Shown: positions 29,872 through 39,610 of the stretch, piece after piece
How the letters are laid out: every line of letters starts with the position of its first letter
How positions within the stretch are numbered: the stretch's first letter is position 1
Source of the DNA: Lewinellaceae bacterium
Lineage (GTDB): Bacteria > Bacteroidota > Bacteroidia > Chitinophagales > Saprospiraceae
Direction: 5' to 3'
NCBI GenBank assembly: GCA_024642625.1
Contig: JAHEAU010000001.1
Span: 61 to 64,060, forward strand
DNA length: 64,000 nucleotides
The notes under the pieces: generated by a model
Seen by the model: only the letters and a program-made list of their open reading frames with translations
Told to the model about the DNA's origin: nothing
Database searches by the model: none
Made by a program: the position numbers and the translations under genes

Positions 29872-30653
29872 TTGTTGTTCTTGACGATCAATTCAGCGAG
29901 ATCATAGACCATGACATCATCTTGTTTGTCTTTCGCCTTTATGCCATCACTCATCATGGTGAGACAAAATGGACAATTCACGGCGACAGTTTTGGCACCA
30001 GTCTGCAATGCTTCTTCAGCTCGTTCGATATTGATCCGTTTGTCTCCGGGTTCGTCCTCTTTCCACATTTGCGCGCCACCTGCACCACAGCAAAGACCAT
30101 TGGCCTTTGTCCTGTTCATATCAACGATATTGGCTTTCAGATGTTCAAGGATCTGTCGAGGTGCCTGATATTCCCCATTGATCCTTCCCAGGTAACATGA
30201 ATCATGGTAAGTTACTGGAGAAGCATCTTCCGAGTCAGGGATCCGGAGGGCTCCGGATTGCAGTAAAAAGTTCAAGAGTTGGGTATGATGCCAGACTTCA
30301 TATGTGCCACCCAATTCTGGATACTCATTCTTCAATGTATTGAAGCAATGTGGACAGGTGGCGACGATCTTGGAGACGTTGTAACCATTTAACGTCTGGA
30401 TATTCTGAAGGGCGAGCATTTGAAAAATGAATTCATTCCCGGCCCTTCGAGCTGGATCACCTGTACAAGCTTCTTCCGTGCCGAGAATCCCAAATGTAAC
30501 ACCGGCGTGGTGAAGAATTTTGCAAAAGTCTTTTGTTACTTTTTGTGCTCGAGCATCATAACTCCCCGCACAGCCTACCCAAAACAAAAATTCAGGGCGT
30601 TCACCTTGTGCTGCCCATTCTGCAAGAGTCCTGATTTGTAGCTGATTTTCCAT
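29865..30653 (-). CDS. (Fe-S)-binding protein with two CCG-type cysteine-rich domains (HdrD C-terminal / GlpC-like)
   Basis: 262 aa. The first domain is degenerate (VGCAGS...EACTGDP...TCPHC). The second is canonical (DSCYLG...GLCCGAGG...NCPFC). Confidence 0.8.
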   Translation of the reverse strand: MENQLQIRTLAEWAAQGERPEFLFWVGCAGSYDARAQKVTKDFCKILHHAGVTFGILGTEEACTGDPARRAGNEFIFQMLALQNIQTLNGYNVSKIVATCPHCFNTLKNEYPELGGTYEVWHHTQLLNFLLQSGALRIPDSEDASPVTYHDSCYLGRINGEYQAPRQILEHLKANIVDMNRTKANGLCCGAGGAQMWKEDEPGDKRINIERAEEALQTGAKTVAVNCPFCLTMMSDGIKAKDKQDDVMVYDLAELIVKNNKW

Positions 30654-30682
30654 CTTCTATAGTTTTCGGGTACTCTGTGATA

Positions 30683-32050
30683 TTAGCCATTCATTTCTTT
30701 TGTCCATGCATCTCTGTCAGCGGCTAATTGCCAGGCGGAGCCAGCATTTTCCAAACTATTGAAAAGGGGCAACCAATCCGAAGGTCCGGCTGACAGTGTC
30801 AAAATTTCATAGCGGCGCAACTTGAGGATAGGTTCTAATGGATTGATCAATACAGGACACGCTTCAACGCAGGCATTACAGGTTGTGCAAGCATGAATCT
30901 CTTCAGGTGAAATCAGATCGAAAAGACTGCGACCATCATCAAAGTTGGCTCGATTTGGTTTCACCCCAACTACGCGGGCATCCGACCTGACAAATTCAGG
31001 ATTGCCGCTTCGAATCTTTTCGCCGACTTCTTCAGTGCGATCACGAATGGCCATGATCACTTTTCTTGGCGACAGTTTTTTCCCTGTTTGATTAGCTGGG
31101 CAAACTGAAGTACATCGCCCACATTCTGTGCAGCTGTATGCTTCCAGAAGGTTTCGCCAGCTCAATGAGGTGATGTCATTGGCGCCGAATTCAGGTAAGT
31201 CGCCCACCATTACCTCATCTGCACTGGATTCGCCAAGACCCATCATTGATTTGACTTCATTCATGATTGCGGGCATATTTTCCATTTTCCCGCGGGGCGA
31301 CAATTTGGAAAAATAGGTATTGGGAAAGGCAAAAAAAACGTGCAAGTGTTTGGAAAATGGGAGATACATGATAAAACCCAGTACGACTGTCAAATGAAGC
31401 CACCACCCAAATCGCTCCAGAAAGACTAATGTGTGAGCGTCTAGTGAGGCGAACATCCATGGACCTAACCAGGAACTAACAGCCAATGAGCCAGTTGGAG
31501 GGTAATGATCAGGATTGATGTTTTGCAACAACGTATCTGCTCCATTCATCGAGAAAATGCCTATGATCAACAAGATTTCTCCGAATAAAATCAGGTTGGC
31601 ATCCCGCGTCGGCCAGCCTTTCATTTCTGGTTTCTGGAAACGGGCCACTTTCAACACATTTCGTCGCAGAAGAAAGATGACTGTAGCGCCAAATGCCAAT
31701 AGAGAAAGGATTTCAATGAAGGAAATGATAAATGTGTAGAAAGATCCCAGAACGGGCGCAAATAATCGATGGTTGCCCGAAAAACCATCAGCTAGGATTT
31801 CCAATAACTCGATCTGGGTGAGTAGGAAAGCAAGATAGATAAAGAGATGCAGGATGGCCGGGATCCAGTTTTTAAACATCTTTTTCTGTCCAAAAGCTAC
31901 AAAAGCCATGTTTTGCAACCGTTGGAATTGGTCACCTTCAATGGGTACGTCCTGGCCTAATTTGATATTCTGGATGATACGTCCATACTGGCGAAATGAT
32001 ATCCACACAGTAATTCCTATCAGAAGAGTAAAAATCAATATTGCAGCCAT
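30683..32050 (-). CDS. membrane-anchored 4Fe-4S dicluster protein (NarI/DsrM-like membrane domain fused to a ferredoxin domain)
   Basis: 455 aa with about 6 N-terminal TM helices containing conserved His (PFSKHLHVFF). Two ferredoxin motifs are present: CTECGRCTSVCP and CTTCNACVEACP. Confidence 0.8.
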   Translation of the reverse strand: MAAILIFTLLIGITVWISFRQYGRIIQNIKLGQDVPIEGDQFQRLQNMAFVAFGQKKMFKNWIPAILHLFIYLAFLLTQIELLEILADGFSGNHRLFAPVLGSFYTFIISFIEILSLLAFGATVIFLLRRNVLKVARFQKPEMKGWPTRDANLILFGEILLIIGIFSMNGADTLLQNINPDHYPPTGSLAVSSWLGPWMFASLDAHTLVFLERFGWWLHLTVVLGFIMYLPFSKHLHVFFAFPNTYFSKLSPRGKMENMPAIMNEVKSMMGLGESSADEVMVGDLPEFGANDITSLSWRNLLEAYSCTECGRCTSVCPANQTGKKLSPRKVIMAIRDRTEEVGEKIRSGNPEFVRSDARVVGVKPNRANFDDGRSLFDLISPEEIHACTTCNACVEACPVLINPLEPILKLRRYEILTLSAGPSDWLPLFNSLENAGSAWQLAADRDAWTKEMNG

Positions 32051-32099
32051 CCGTTGTTTGGTTTTTAGCGGCTTATCTTAGTCGTTGAATTGCCCCAAC

Positions 32100-32600
32100 A
32101 TGGTAAAAATATTGAATGAGAGACAGATCGCACAGAAAATTCAGCGATTAGCCATTGAGATTACGGAAGAAAACTGGGAACGCAAGCAATTGTTTCTGTT
32201 GGGGATCAATAATAATGGTCTCCATTTTGCGACAATTCTTCGAGATGCTGTCTTGGCATATCACCCTGAATTTGAGATCCAGATTCATCATTTGCGTCTG
32301 AATCCAGCGGATCCTCTTCTTGGTCCTGCTCAATGTGATCAGCCGATTGATACGTTTGCTGGCCAATCAGTTATCCTTGTTGATGATGTCGCCAATACAG
32401 GCAGAACTTTGTTTTATGCATTCAAACCCTTGATGGAAGTCATTCCCCAAAAGGTTCAAATTGCAGTGCTTGTAGAGCGACACCACAAAACCTTTCCAGT
32501 TCATGTTGATTTTGTTGGGATTCGTCTTGCTACAACTTTGCATGAGCACATTCAAGTTGAATTGAAAGAACCTGGTCTACGATCCGTTAATCTTGATTAA
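32100..32600 (+). CDS. phosphoribosyltransferase, PyrR-like
   Basis: PRPP-binding motif VILVDDVANTGRTL. About 166 aa with a PyrR-like layout. Whether it acts as a regulator or a UPRTase is undetermined. Confidence 0.7.
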   Translation: MVKILNERQIAQKIQRLAIEITEENWERKQLFLLGINNNGLHFATILRDAVLAYHPEFEIQIHHLRLNPADPLLGPAQCDQPIDTFAGQSVILVDDVANTGRTLFYAFKPLMEVIPQKVQIAVLVERHHKTFPVHVDFVGIRLATTLHEHIQVELKEPGLRSVNLD

Positions 32601-32606
32601 CAACAA

Positions 32607-34844
32607 TTAATCTATTCGGATGAATGGCAGAGTTACTCGCTCTCCTACTCTTGTGATTGCCTGAATCCAATAACTTCCTTGAGGAATATGGGAGGCATCT
32701 ATTGTCCAATGAAGTTCATCGCCCATGGCTTGACCATATTCAATGGCGCGACCAGTCATATCCAGTACCAAGACCATCCTTAGTGGCACATCTGCGGTGA
32801 GAATGCTGCTTGAGACCATCGGATTAGGGTATAGTGTCCAGGTGGAGGTTAAATGATCTACCGTGCTGTTAATGAGGTCAATATCTTCCATATATCGTGG
32901 CATGATCTGGTAATCATCCAGATATGGTGATGTTTCGTCAAATTGAGTGCCCAAGCCGGTTACATTGAAAAACCCAACTGGAGGAGAAGTGCCAAATAAA
33001 TTGACATCGTTATCAATTCGCATGACAAGAGTATCCAAACCGGATTGGAGTCGGACATTGAATCCAAATCCTGAATTGGTCCATTCCGCGGCATCAATCA
33101 ATGAAACATTTTGGAGCAGGATCAATTGAGATTCGATTGACTCATCAAAAGTCGTTACGACTGTCGGATCAAACAGACTTTCATTATTGGCGATAACCCA
33201 TACTGTATCGGTCAGCATTTCAGCAAGTCCATTATACTGGATAATCCGACCTTGTGTGATCAATCGATCTCCCTCTTTCACGACATAACCATAATCTATT
33301 GGTGAATACACTGTAATCCCATCGTTTTGATCATCAATGAGCGTAAACTGAAGACCGCCAGGACGTAAGTTTACACCATAGACAATACCTTCAAGTTGGC
33401 ATTCGATCTGACCAGAGTCAAGTACGCCTGTTGTATTGATCGTCGTAACCTTACCAATAGAATAGGCTGGATAAACTTTCGGACAAATCACTTGAATAAA
33501 TACAGTTGCAGTGTCGCAACCATCAATGTCACATAATCTGTATTTCAATTGATCGGGTCCGCAATAATCCTGATTTGGAGTGTAGGTAATCATCGTTCCT
33601 CCTGTAATTGCAGCTGTGCCCAAAGTCGGCAATTCTACAAGTTCAAATGTGAGGATTGGATTGGGTTTAAAGTCATTGGCTTGTACGGAAATGACTTTTG
33701 TGACATTTTGTGGTGTTGACGAATAGTCATCGTTTGTCAGAAGGACGACTGAACCTTTTGGGTCATATGTTCCAAGTGGGAATGGATTTGGAGCTTCTTC
33801 ATTTTTTGGTGCGCCTTCAAGGGCAGCGAGTCCGCTGTATATCCAATTTTCAGGTTTGAATGTGGATCCATCTGGTCCCGTACCATTCACTCGATACACC
33901 CAACCATCGAGGTATTCCCAGGGTTCTCCTGTTCCATCCTTATTGATATCTCCAAAGACATCGATGACAATACTATTTTCAAAAACTTCCATCGCGTCAT
34001 CCCCATTAATATTTACTGCAGAGGAGATATAGTCGGCATTAAATCCAAAATAGTCACGAAACATTGTGCTATCAGCAGCGATATAATAGAAGGAACCCTT
34101 TGTCCCGGAGATGGCTGGGAATGTAAATTCAACGCCATCTGAACCGCCGCCATTATTAGCCGATCCGATACCATATATACTCATGTCAACGACATCTTTC
34201 AGCAGGAAAATTTCGATTCCTTTAGTCCCGGCATTAGATGGCTGCGCATCAAAGATTCCAGTAAGGATGATTGCTTTATCATCAGCTGACTTGCAGCCAG
34301 ATGCAGCCAATGGGTTTGCCATGAGTTCGATACCATTGACAAACTTTCCGGTCGATGTGGATGCAGCCTGCCAATTGGAAGGGTCATTATGGTCTCCAAA
34401 AGGATCGCACAAAACGAGGCTACTTCCATTGCCATCTGTTGGCAATCCAGGCCATCCGCCCTGATCGGAATAGGACACAGAATCGACCACCTGTCCGAAA
34501 GCATTTTCGAGAACAAGAGTTTCACCTGTATTGTCCAAACTCCCAGTTGTCCATTCCAATACAGTCGTACCGAACACATCAAAAAACCGTTGTGCGTTCT
34601 TGCAAACAACAACAAAACCATTTTCCGGTATCATCATCGCCGGAAATGTGAAAACAATCCCTGAAGTGAAGGTATAATCGGCCAGGTCGACGGGTACATT
34701 TGACAGGTTGATCAGTTCCAGATATTCAAGTGTATCCGTTCCAGGTTCTGGTGGATTGTACATGATTTCATTGATGGCAATCTGGCCAGTCAAACTGATT
34801 AAACCTGTGAAGAAGGCGGCGAAAAGAGCGGGACAATGCTTCAT
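32607..34844 (-). CDS. lamin-tail-domain (LTD) secreted protein with a T9SS C-terminal sorting domain
   Basis: 745 aa with a signal peptide and an LTD-like N-terminus (IAINEIMYNPPEPGTDTLEYLELINLS). A GSANNGGGSDG-containing module and a cadherin-like VISVQANDFKPNP segment follow. The C-terminal tail is WTLYPNPMVSSSILT...VTLPFIRID. Confidence 0.75.
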   Translation of the reverse strand: MKHCPALFAAFFTGLISLTGQIAINEIMYNPPEPGTDTLEYLELINLSNVPVDLADYTFTSGIVFTFPAMMIPENGFVVVCKNAQRFFDVFGTTVLEWTTGSLDNTGETLVLENAFGQVVDSVSYSDQGGWPGLPTDGNGSSLVLCDPFGDHNDPSNWQAASTSTGKFVNGIELMANPLAASGCKSADDKAIILTGIFDAQPSNAGTKGIEIFLLKDVVDMSIYGIGSANNGGGSDGVEFTFPAISGTKGSFYYIAADSTMFRDYFGFNADYISSAVNINGDDAMEVFENSIVIDVFGDINKDGTGEPWEYLDGWVYRVNGTGPDGSTFKPENWIYSGLAALEGAPKNEEAPNPFPLGTYDPKGSVVLLTNDDYSSTPQNVTKVISVQANDFKPNPILTFELVELPTLGTAAITGGTMITYTPNQDYCGPDQLKYRLCDIDGCDTATVFIQVICPKVYPAYSIGKVTTINTTGVLDSGQIECQLEGIVYGVNLRPGGLQFTLIDDQNDGITVYSPIDYGYVVKEGDRLITQGRIIQYNGLAEMLTDTVWVIANNESLFDPTVVTTFDESIESQLILLQNVSLIDAAEWTNSGFGFNVRLQSGLDTLVMRIDNDVNLFGTSPPVGFFNVTGLGTQFDETSPYLDDYQIMPRYMEDIDLINSTVDHLTSTWTLYPNPMVSSSILTADVPLRMVLVLDMTGRAIEYGQAMGDELHWTIDASHIPQGSYWIQAITRVGERVTLPFIRID

Positions 34845-34937
34845 GGCAAAGAGAGTATAATGAAGGAATTGGGAAAGACTCCAAGATAGGAAAAAGGGAA
34901 GGTCTAATGAAGAGTTCTGTGCACGTCTATTCCGGAA

Positions 34938-35861
34938 TTAACCTGGTAAAAAGACTTCAGCCATCATACACCTTGCGCTTCCCCCACCAATCCGTTCGAT
35001 CGTCCACAATGGAATGGGGAGAAGCGTTGTTTTTGCTGATAATTGTGAGATTTGGCCAGGGCTAAGGGATTGAAATGCCTGTTCAGACATGATTAAATGA
35101 GATTTCCCTGACCGGTCCAGGACCTGGAGCATGTTACCGGCAAAGTGATTCATTTGTTCCAGGGATATATCGACTACCTCCTTTCCTGTAGATTCTAAAG
35201 ATTTGACAACAAGAGATCGCTCCTTCTTTTCAAGAATACTATCCAGGCAGATTACAGCATACCCATCTCCTAAAGCCAGCATGACATTGGTATGGTAAAT
35301 CTGCTGTCCAGAAGCATCTGTGGCAATAAAGGATACAGATTGGTAGCCCATTCGGCTTGCCCATTCGTTCAGGAGTGTGAGATCTGTTCTAGGACTCAGA
35401 CAAGCGTAGACGATCCGGTATTGCCGATCAAGAATCATACTTCCCGTTCCTTCCAGAAAGGGTCCATTTGAATAGATCTGATCCATAGCCCAGCGATCCT
35501 CATAGCCCCAGGACGTGCTCGCCGAATCGATCATATCCTGGCGTACTTCCTTCCGCCTTACTTCAGCTTGCATGGGATATGTGACAATCAAGCCATTCTC
35601 GTGGAATGAAATCCAGTTGTTTGGGAAGATGGCATCTGGCTTTATAGGTGATGATGTATCTTGAATGACCTCAACTTCGATATCTGCCTGTCGGAGCAGG
35701 GTAACCATTTGATCGAATTCCCGAGTCGCCAATTGGGCAATATCATCAGGACTCATGTTATTGTCTATTTGCTGAAATGCATTGCTTTCAGCAGTTTCGG
35801 AATTAAATCCGAAGTGCGATGGTCTGATCATCAATATTTTATGCGTGCTGATCGATGACAT
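34938..35861 (-). CDS. amidinotransferase / arginine-deiminase-superfamily hydrolase (CtlX-like)
   Basis: 307 aa with N-terminal ILMIRPSHFGFN and the C-terminal catalytic-Cys context GGGSARCMMAEV typical of this superfamily. Confidence 0.7.
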   Translation of the reverse strand: MSSISTHKILMIRPSHFGFNSETAESNAFQQIDNNMSPDDIAQLATREFDQMVTLLRQADIEVEVIQDTSSPIKPDAIFPNNWISFHENGLIVTYPMQAEVRRKEVRQDMIDSASTSWGYEDRWAMDQIYSNGPFLEGTGSMILDRQYRIVYACLSPRTDLTLLNEWASRMGYQSVSFIATDASGQQIYHTNVMLALGDGYAVICLDSILEKKERSLVVKSLESTGKEVVDISLEQMNHFAGNMLQVLDRSGKSHLIMSEQAFQSLSPGQISQLSAKTTLLPIPLWTIERIGGGSARCMMAEVFLPG

Positions 35862-35983
35862 GTGTAAATATTTATTTTCGATTTAATTAAATTGGAACAG
35901 TGTTTGAAATAGAGAGTATAGGTTTTTGATGTACTATGAGAAGGCGGACTTAGGCTGATCTTAACGGATCGGCCTAAGTTCTT

Positions 35984-36793
35984 TTACCCCTTCACCATTG
36001 CCGATTTTTTCATCTCTTCGGCAAGTTCATCTCCCAAATATCTGTCGATCACGTCATGTGCAAGGTATAATAGAGGCGTTAATCCTACGGCGACGATAAA
36101 TTTATAGATATAGTTGACAACGCCAATCGCAAGGACTAATCGAATGTCCCAGCCCGCTCCTATGTAAAAAGCGACAAATAAAACCACAAAGCTGTCAATG
36201 AATTGGCTAATTAATGTTGATCCAGTGGCACGCAACCACATCCATTTTTCTCCCGTTCGCTCCTTGATCCAATGGAAGGTGATGACATCAATTAATTGGC
36301 CAACGAGAAAAGCGATCAAAGAACCGATAATGATCCAGAGTCCCTGACCAAAGACCAGTCTGAAGGCGGCATTGTAATCACCAACTTGTTGCCTCATGAG
36401 GTTTTGTTTGTCAATCGGCCAATCCGGTTTAATGTGGGACGTCGGCCAGAAGTCGGCAGGTGTCATATGAATGCCAAAACTGAATAAAATAAAGGCATAC
36501 GCAATTAAACCTGCTGTTAGGATGGACAACAGGCGGACGCCTTTCCTGCCAAAATATTCATTGATGATGTCCGTCATGATGAATACGACGGGCCACAATA
36601 AGACACCTGTCGTGAGGTTGAATGAAAGCCCCTTCTGCCCAAACAGGGTCCAGTCCAGAGGTTCCATACCCAATGTTCGCTCAAGTGAAAAAATCTTGAC
36701 ACCGATAAATTCTGCGATGAGCGCATTGGCAATAAAAAAGCCTCCCAAAACGAGGAAAAGCCTTGCAGCCTTATTATTAACGAGGTACATCAT
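35984..36793 (-). CDS. yhhQ: queuosine-precursor transporter (YhhQ / DUF165 family)
   Basis: Multi-TM protein with WPVVFIMTDIINEYFG and SQFIDSFVV segments typical of YhhQ. I set the start at the internal Met (MMYLVNN); the frame is open to 36868. Confidence 0.75.
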   Translation of the reverse strand: MMYLVNNKAARLFLVLGGFFIANALIAEFIGVKIFSLERTLGMEPLDWTLFGQKGLSFNLTTGVLLWPVVFIMTDIINEYFGRKGVRLLSILTAGLIAYAFILFSFGIHMTPADFWPTSHIKPDWPIDKQNLMRQQVGDYNAAFRLVFGQGLWIIIGSLIAFLVGQLIDVITFHWIKERTGEKWMWLRATGSTLISQFIDSFVVLFVAFYIGAGWDIRLVLAIGVVNYIYKFIVAVGLTPLLYLAHDVIDRYLGDELAEEMKKSAMVKG

Positions 36794-36860
36794 GGATTTC
36801 CAATAAACAATTGAACTTTGTGCGTGTTGCCCCTTCAGCATCACTGATACGAAAAAGCAT

Positions 36861-38708
36861 ATGGCCAAGATAGCGATCGACCTGAAATCGGGGTCAATAA
36901 AGAATGAAGACCAATTGATTATCGGTATCGATCTGGGTACAACAAATAGTCTGGTCGCCTATATATCAGATGGTCAACCAGTCGTCGTGAAGGATCATGA
37001 CGGCAAATCTGGTCTTGTCCCATCCCTGATTTACTTTCCGGATAATGATTCAGTCATAGTGGGTAATGAAGCGCGGCCGCATTTGATCAATGATCCAGGC
37101 CGAACAATTTTTTCAGTAAAGCGACTTATGGGTAAATCGTACGCTGACATTGTCGACTATGAACACCAGCTCGGGTATCAAATTCTTACTGATGATAAGG
37201 ATCGACTGGTGAAGGTACGTGTCGGCGATCGGTTCTATTCCCCAATTGAACTTTCTGCCCACATCTTGCGCAAACTCAAGACACGAGTTGAATTGGCATT
37301 GTCTCAAACTGTTGAAAAAGCCGTGATAACAGTCCCCGCATATTTCAATGATGCGCAACGACAGGCCACACGAGATGCTGGAAAGCTTGCTGGCCTTGAT
37401 GTTTTACGAATTGTCAATGAACCGACGGCTGCCAGCCTGGCCTATGGACTGGGTCTTGCCCCTGAGGAGAAAAAAACAATTGCTGTTTATGACCTGGGTG
37501 GTGGAACCTTTGATATTTCCGTTTTACGAATAGAGGATGGCGTCTTTGAAGTACTTTCTACGAATGGCGATACGTTTCTTGGTGGTGACGATATTGATCA
37601 GGTTATTGTGACCTATTGGATCGAAAAGCACAGGTTGGATCTGGCGACACCATCTGCGCGCCAGGCGTTGCGATTGGCAGCAGAAGAGGCTAAAAAAGTA
37701 TTATCGGGAGAGGATCAATTTACCGTTGAATTTGAAGGGTTTCATCTTGATTTATCAAGAACAGCATTTGAACTTCTGATTCAACCATTGGTCGAACGTA
37801 CAATTCAATCCTGTCAGGCCGCTTTGACGGATGCCCGATTGACAACTGCAGATATTCAAGAGGTGATTATGGTCGGGGGATCAACCCGAATTCCTTTTGT
37901 CAAATCCAGCGTATCAACCTTCTTTGGAAAACCGGTTCATGATGAATTGAACCCGGATGAGGTGGTTGCTGCTGGCGCTGCGATTCAAGCCGACATCCTT
38001 GCCGGCAACCGCAAAGATTTACTGTTGCTGGATATTACTCCATTGTCATTGGGGATTGAAACAGTAGGCGATTTAATGGATGTCATCATTCCTCGAAACA
38101 CCAAGGTCCCCTGTGGATATGCCAGGCAATACACAACGTCTATCGATGGTCAAAAGAACCTGAAAATTGCAGTTTATCAGGGTGAGCGTGACCTGGTCAC
38201 CAATAACAGGAAACTGGCAGAATTCATCCTGTCTGACATCCCACCTATGCCTGCGGGCATACCGAAGCTGGAGATCAGGTTTCAATTGAATGCAGATGGT
38301 ATTCTACAGGTTCTGGCCAAGGAGCTGCGGTCAGGGACGACACAAAGTATAATGGTGAAGCCTCAATATGGAATCGATGAGGAAGAGATGGGTCGAATGT
38401 TGTTGGATTCGATCCAGAATGCGAAAGAAGACATGCAGTTGAAAGCCTTGAGGGAAGCACAGAATGAAGGGCGTATGATGGTCCAGTCTGCAGGTAAATT
38501 CATTCAACAAAACCTGGGTTGGTTGGATGAAAGGCAAGTGCAGGAGATCCAACGGTTGGCTGGTTTGTTGGGTCAATCTATCGATGAAGAGTCAAAGGAT
38601 GAGATTCAGAAAAGGCTCGAATCGTTGAATGCTTATACGACCCCTTTGGCGCATAAAGCTCTAGAAGTGCATGTTGCTGGAGCAATGAAAGGTCAGACCA
38701 TCAGATGA
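36861..38708 (+). CDS. hscA: Hsp70-family chaperone, HscA-like
   Basis: 615 aa with Hsp70 ATPase motifs IGIDLGTTNS, DLGGGTFD and VGGSTRIP. Length and C-terminal helical lid resemble HscA rather than DnaK. Confidence 0.8.
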   Translation: MAKIAIDLKSGSIKNEDQLIIGIDLGTTNSLVAYISDGQPVVVKDHDGKSGLVPSLIYFPDNDSVIVGNEARPHLINDPGRTIFSVKRLMGKSYADIVDYEHQLGYQILTDDKDRLVKVRVGDRFYSPIELSAHILRKLKTRVELALSQTVEKAVITVPAYFNDAQRQATRDAGKLAGLDVLRIVNEPTAASLAYGLGLAPEEKKTIAVYDLGGGTFDISVLRIEDGVFEVLSTNGDTFLGGDDIDQVIVTYWIEKHRLDLATPSARQALRLAAEEAKKVLSGEDQFTVEFEGFHLDLSRTAFELLIQPLVERTIQSCQAALTDARLTTADIQEVIMVGGSTRIPFVKSSVSTFFGKPVHDELNPDEVVAAGAAIQADILAGNRKDLLLLDITPLSLGIETVGDLMDVIIPRNTKVPCGYARQYTTSIDGQKNLKIAVYQGERDLVTNNRKLAEFILSDIPPMPAGIPKLEIRFQLNADGILQVLAKELRSGTTQSIMVKPQYGIDEEEMGRMLLDSIQNAKEDMQLKALREAQNEGRMMVQSAGKFIQQNLGWLDERQVQEIQRLAGLLGQSIDEESKDEIQKRLESLNAYTTPLAHKALEVHVAGAMKGQTIR

Positions 38709-39607
38709 ATGCAGACTTAGCTAAAACATCCATGTTTTCCTCCACGGATTATTGTGTGATTTACAACCCGTTTTCAGGTGGGCGAACCAAGGAGCGGATG
38801 TTGCAAACGATTGAGAAAGAGCTCAAACCGGCTCAATGCTTTTTTCAGAAGACAACAGTTGAATTCGGGGCAAAAAAAGCTGTTGATCTGGCGCATCAGG
38901 TAGGTATACATCAATTCATTGTTGTTGGGGGTGATGGGACAATCCAAGCTGTAGCCACACATTTAGACCCTGGAAAGGACATTTTGGGCCTTGTGATGGG
39001 CGGCTCAGGAAATGGGTTCGCATCACATTTTGGGTATCGGCGACGAATTTCACAAAATCTGAAACTGATTCGAAAGAAGCGCATTCAACAAGTTGATATG
39101 TTGACTGTGAACGGGTATCGTTATGTCAATCTTGCAGGTGTCGGGTTTGATGCCCAAGTCGCTGACAAGATCCGGTCAAGCAAGAGGCGGGGATTCCAAG
39201 CTTATTTGCTTGCAGTTATTCAGCTGATCAGGATGAATATTTTCTGGTCTGGCAAAGTCAATTTGGATGATGAACGATGGAGTGGTCAGTTTCTGACTGT
39301 TGTCGTGGCCAATGCCTCCATTTTTGGGTACGGGTTCCAGATAGCCAGAGATGCAAAAGCGGATGATGGATTGATGACAGTGGTGCTTGTTCATCGTGTT
39401 TCGCGGTGGCGATACGTTTTAGCTATCCCTTATTTTCTTTTAGGCCTATCTCATAGATTAACCTGGATTACGCAACGGACAGCCACGCGGGTCCTAATAG
39501 AACCGGAAATTTGCACTCCCATTCAGGCAGATGGCGAATTGTTGATGCAAGCAGATACGTATGACTTTCGAATAGAACCCCGATCTTTAACACTGATCAC
39601 CGCCTGA
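38705..39607 (+). CDS. diacylglycerol-kinase-family lipid kinase (YegS/BmrU-like)
   Basis: 300 aa with the DAGK catalytic motif FIVVGGDGTIQ. It shares an ATGA overlap with hscA. Confidence 0.8.
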   Translation: MNADLAKTSMFSSTDYCVIYNPFSGGRTKERMLQTIEKELKPAQCFFQKTTVEFGAKKAVDLAHQVGIHQFIVVGGDGTIQAVATHLDPGKDILGLVMGGSGNGFASHFGYRRRISQNLKLIRKKRIQQVDMLTVNGYRYVNLAGVGFDAQVADKIRSSKRRGFQAYLLAVIQLIRMNIFWSGKVNLDDERWSGQFLTVVVANASIFGYGFQIARDAKADDGLMTVVLVHRVSRWRYVLAIPYFLLGLSHRLTWITQRTATRVLIEPEICTPIQADGELLMQADTYDFRIEPRSLTLITA

Positions 39608-39610
39608 CTT

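Noticed and set aside
35940-35982. Hairpin ACTTAGGC…GCCTAAGT between yhhQ and the CtlX-like gene, considered as a terminator or REP-like element.
   Set aside because: On the minus strand, where it would have to act, no T tract follows. I could not find a second copy in the window, so the evidence is insufficient to call it.
36794-36868. Possible preQ1 riboswitch upstream of the yhhQ-type queuosine-precursor transporter.
   Set aside because: I read the minus-strand leader and could not find the conserved preQ1-I or preQ1-II core. The leader is only about 70 nt and is shared with the divergent hscA start. An Rfam scan would be needed to be sure.
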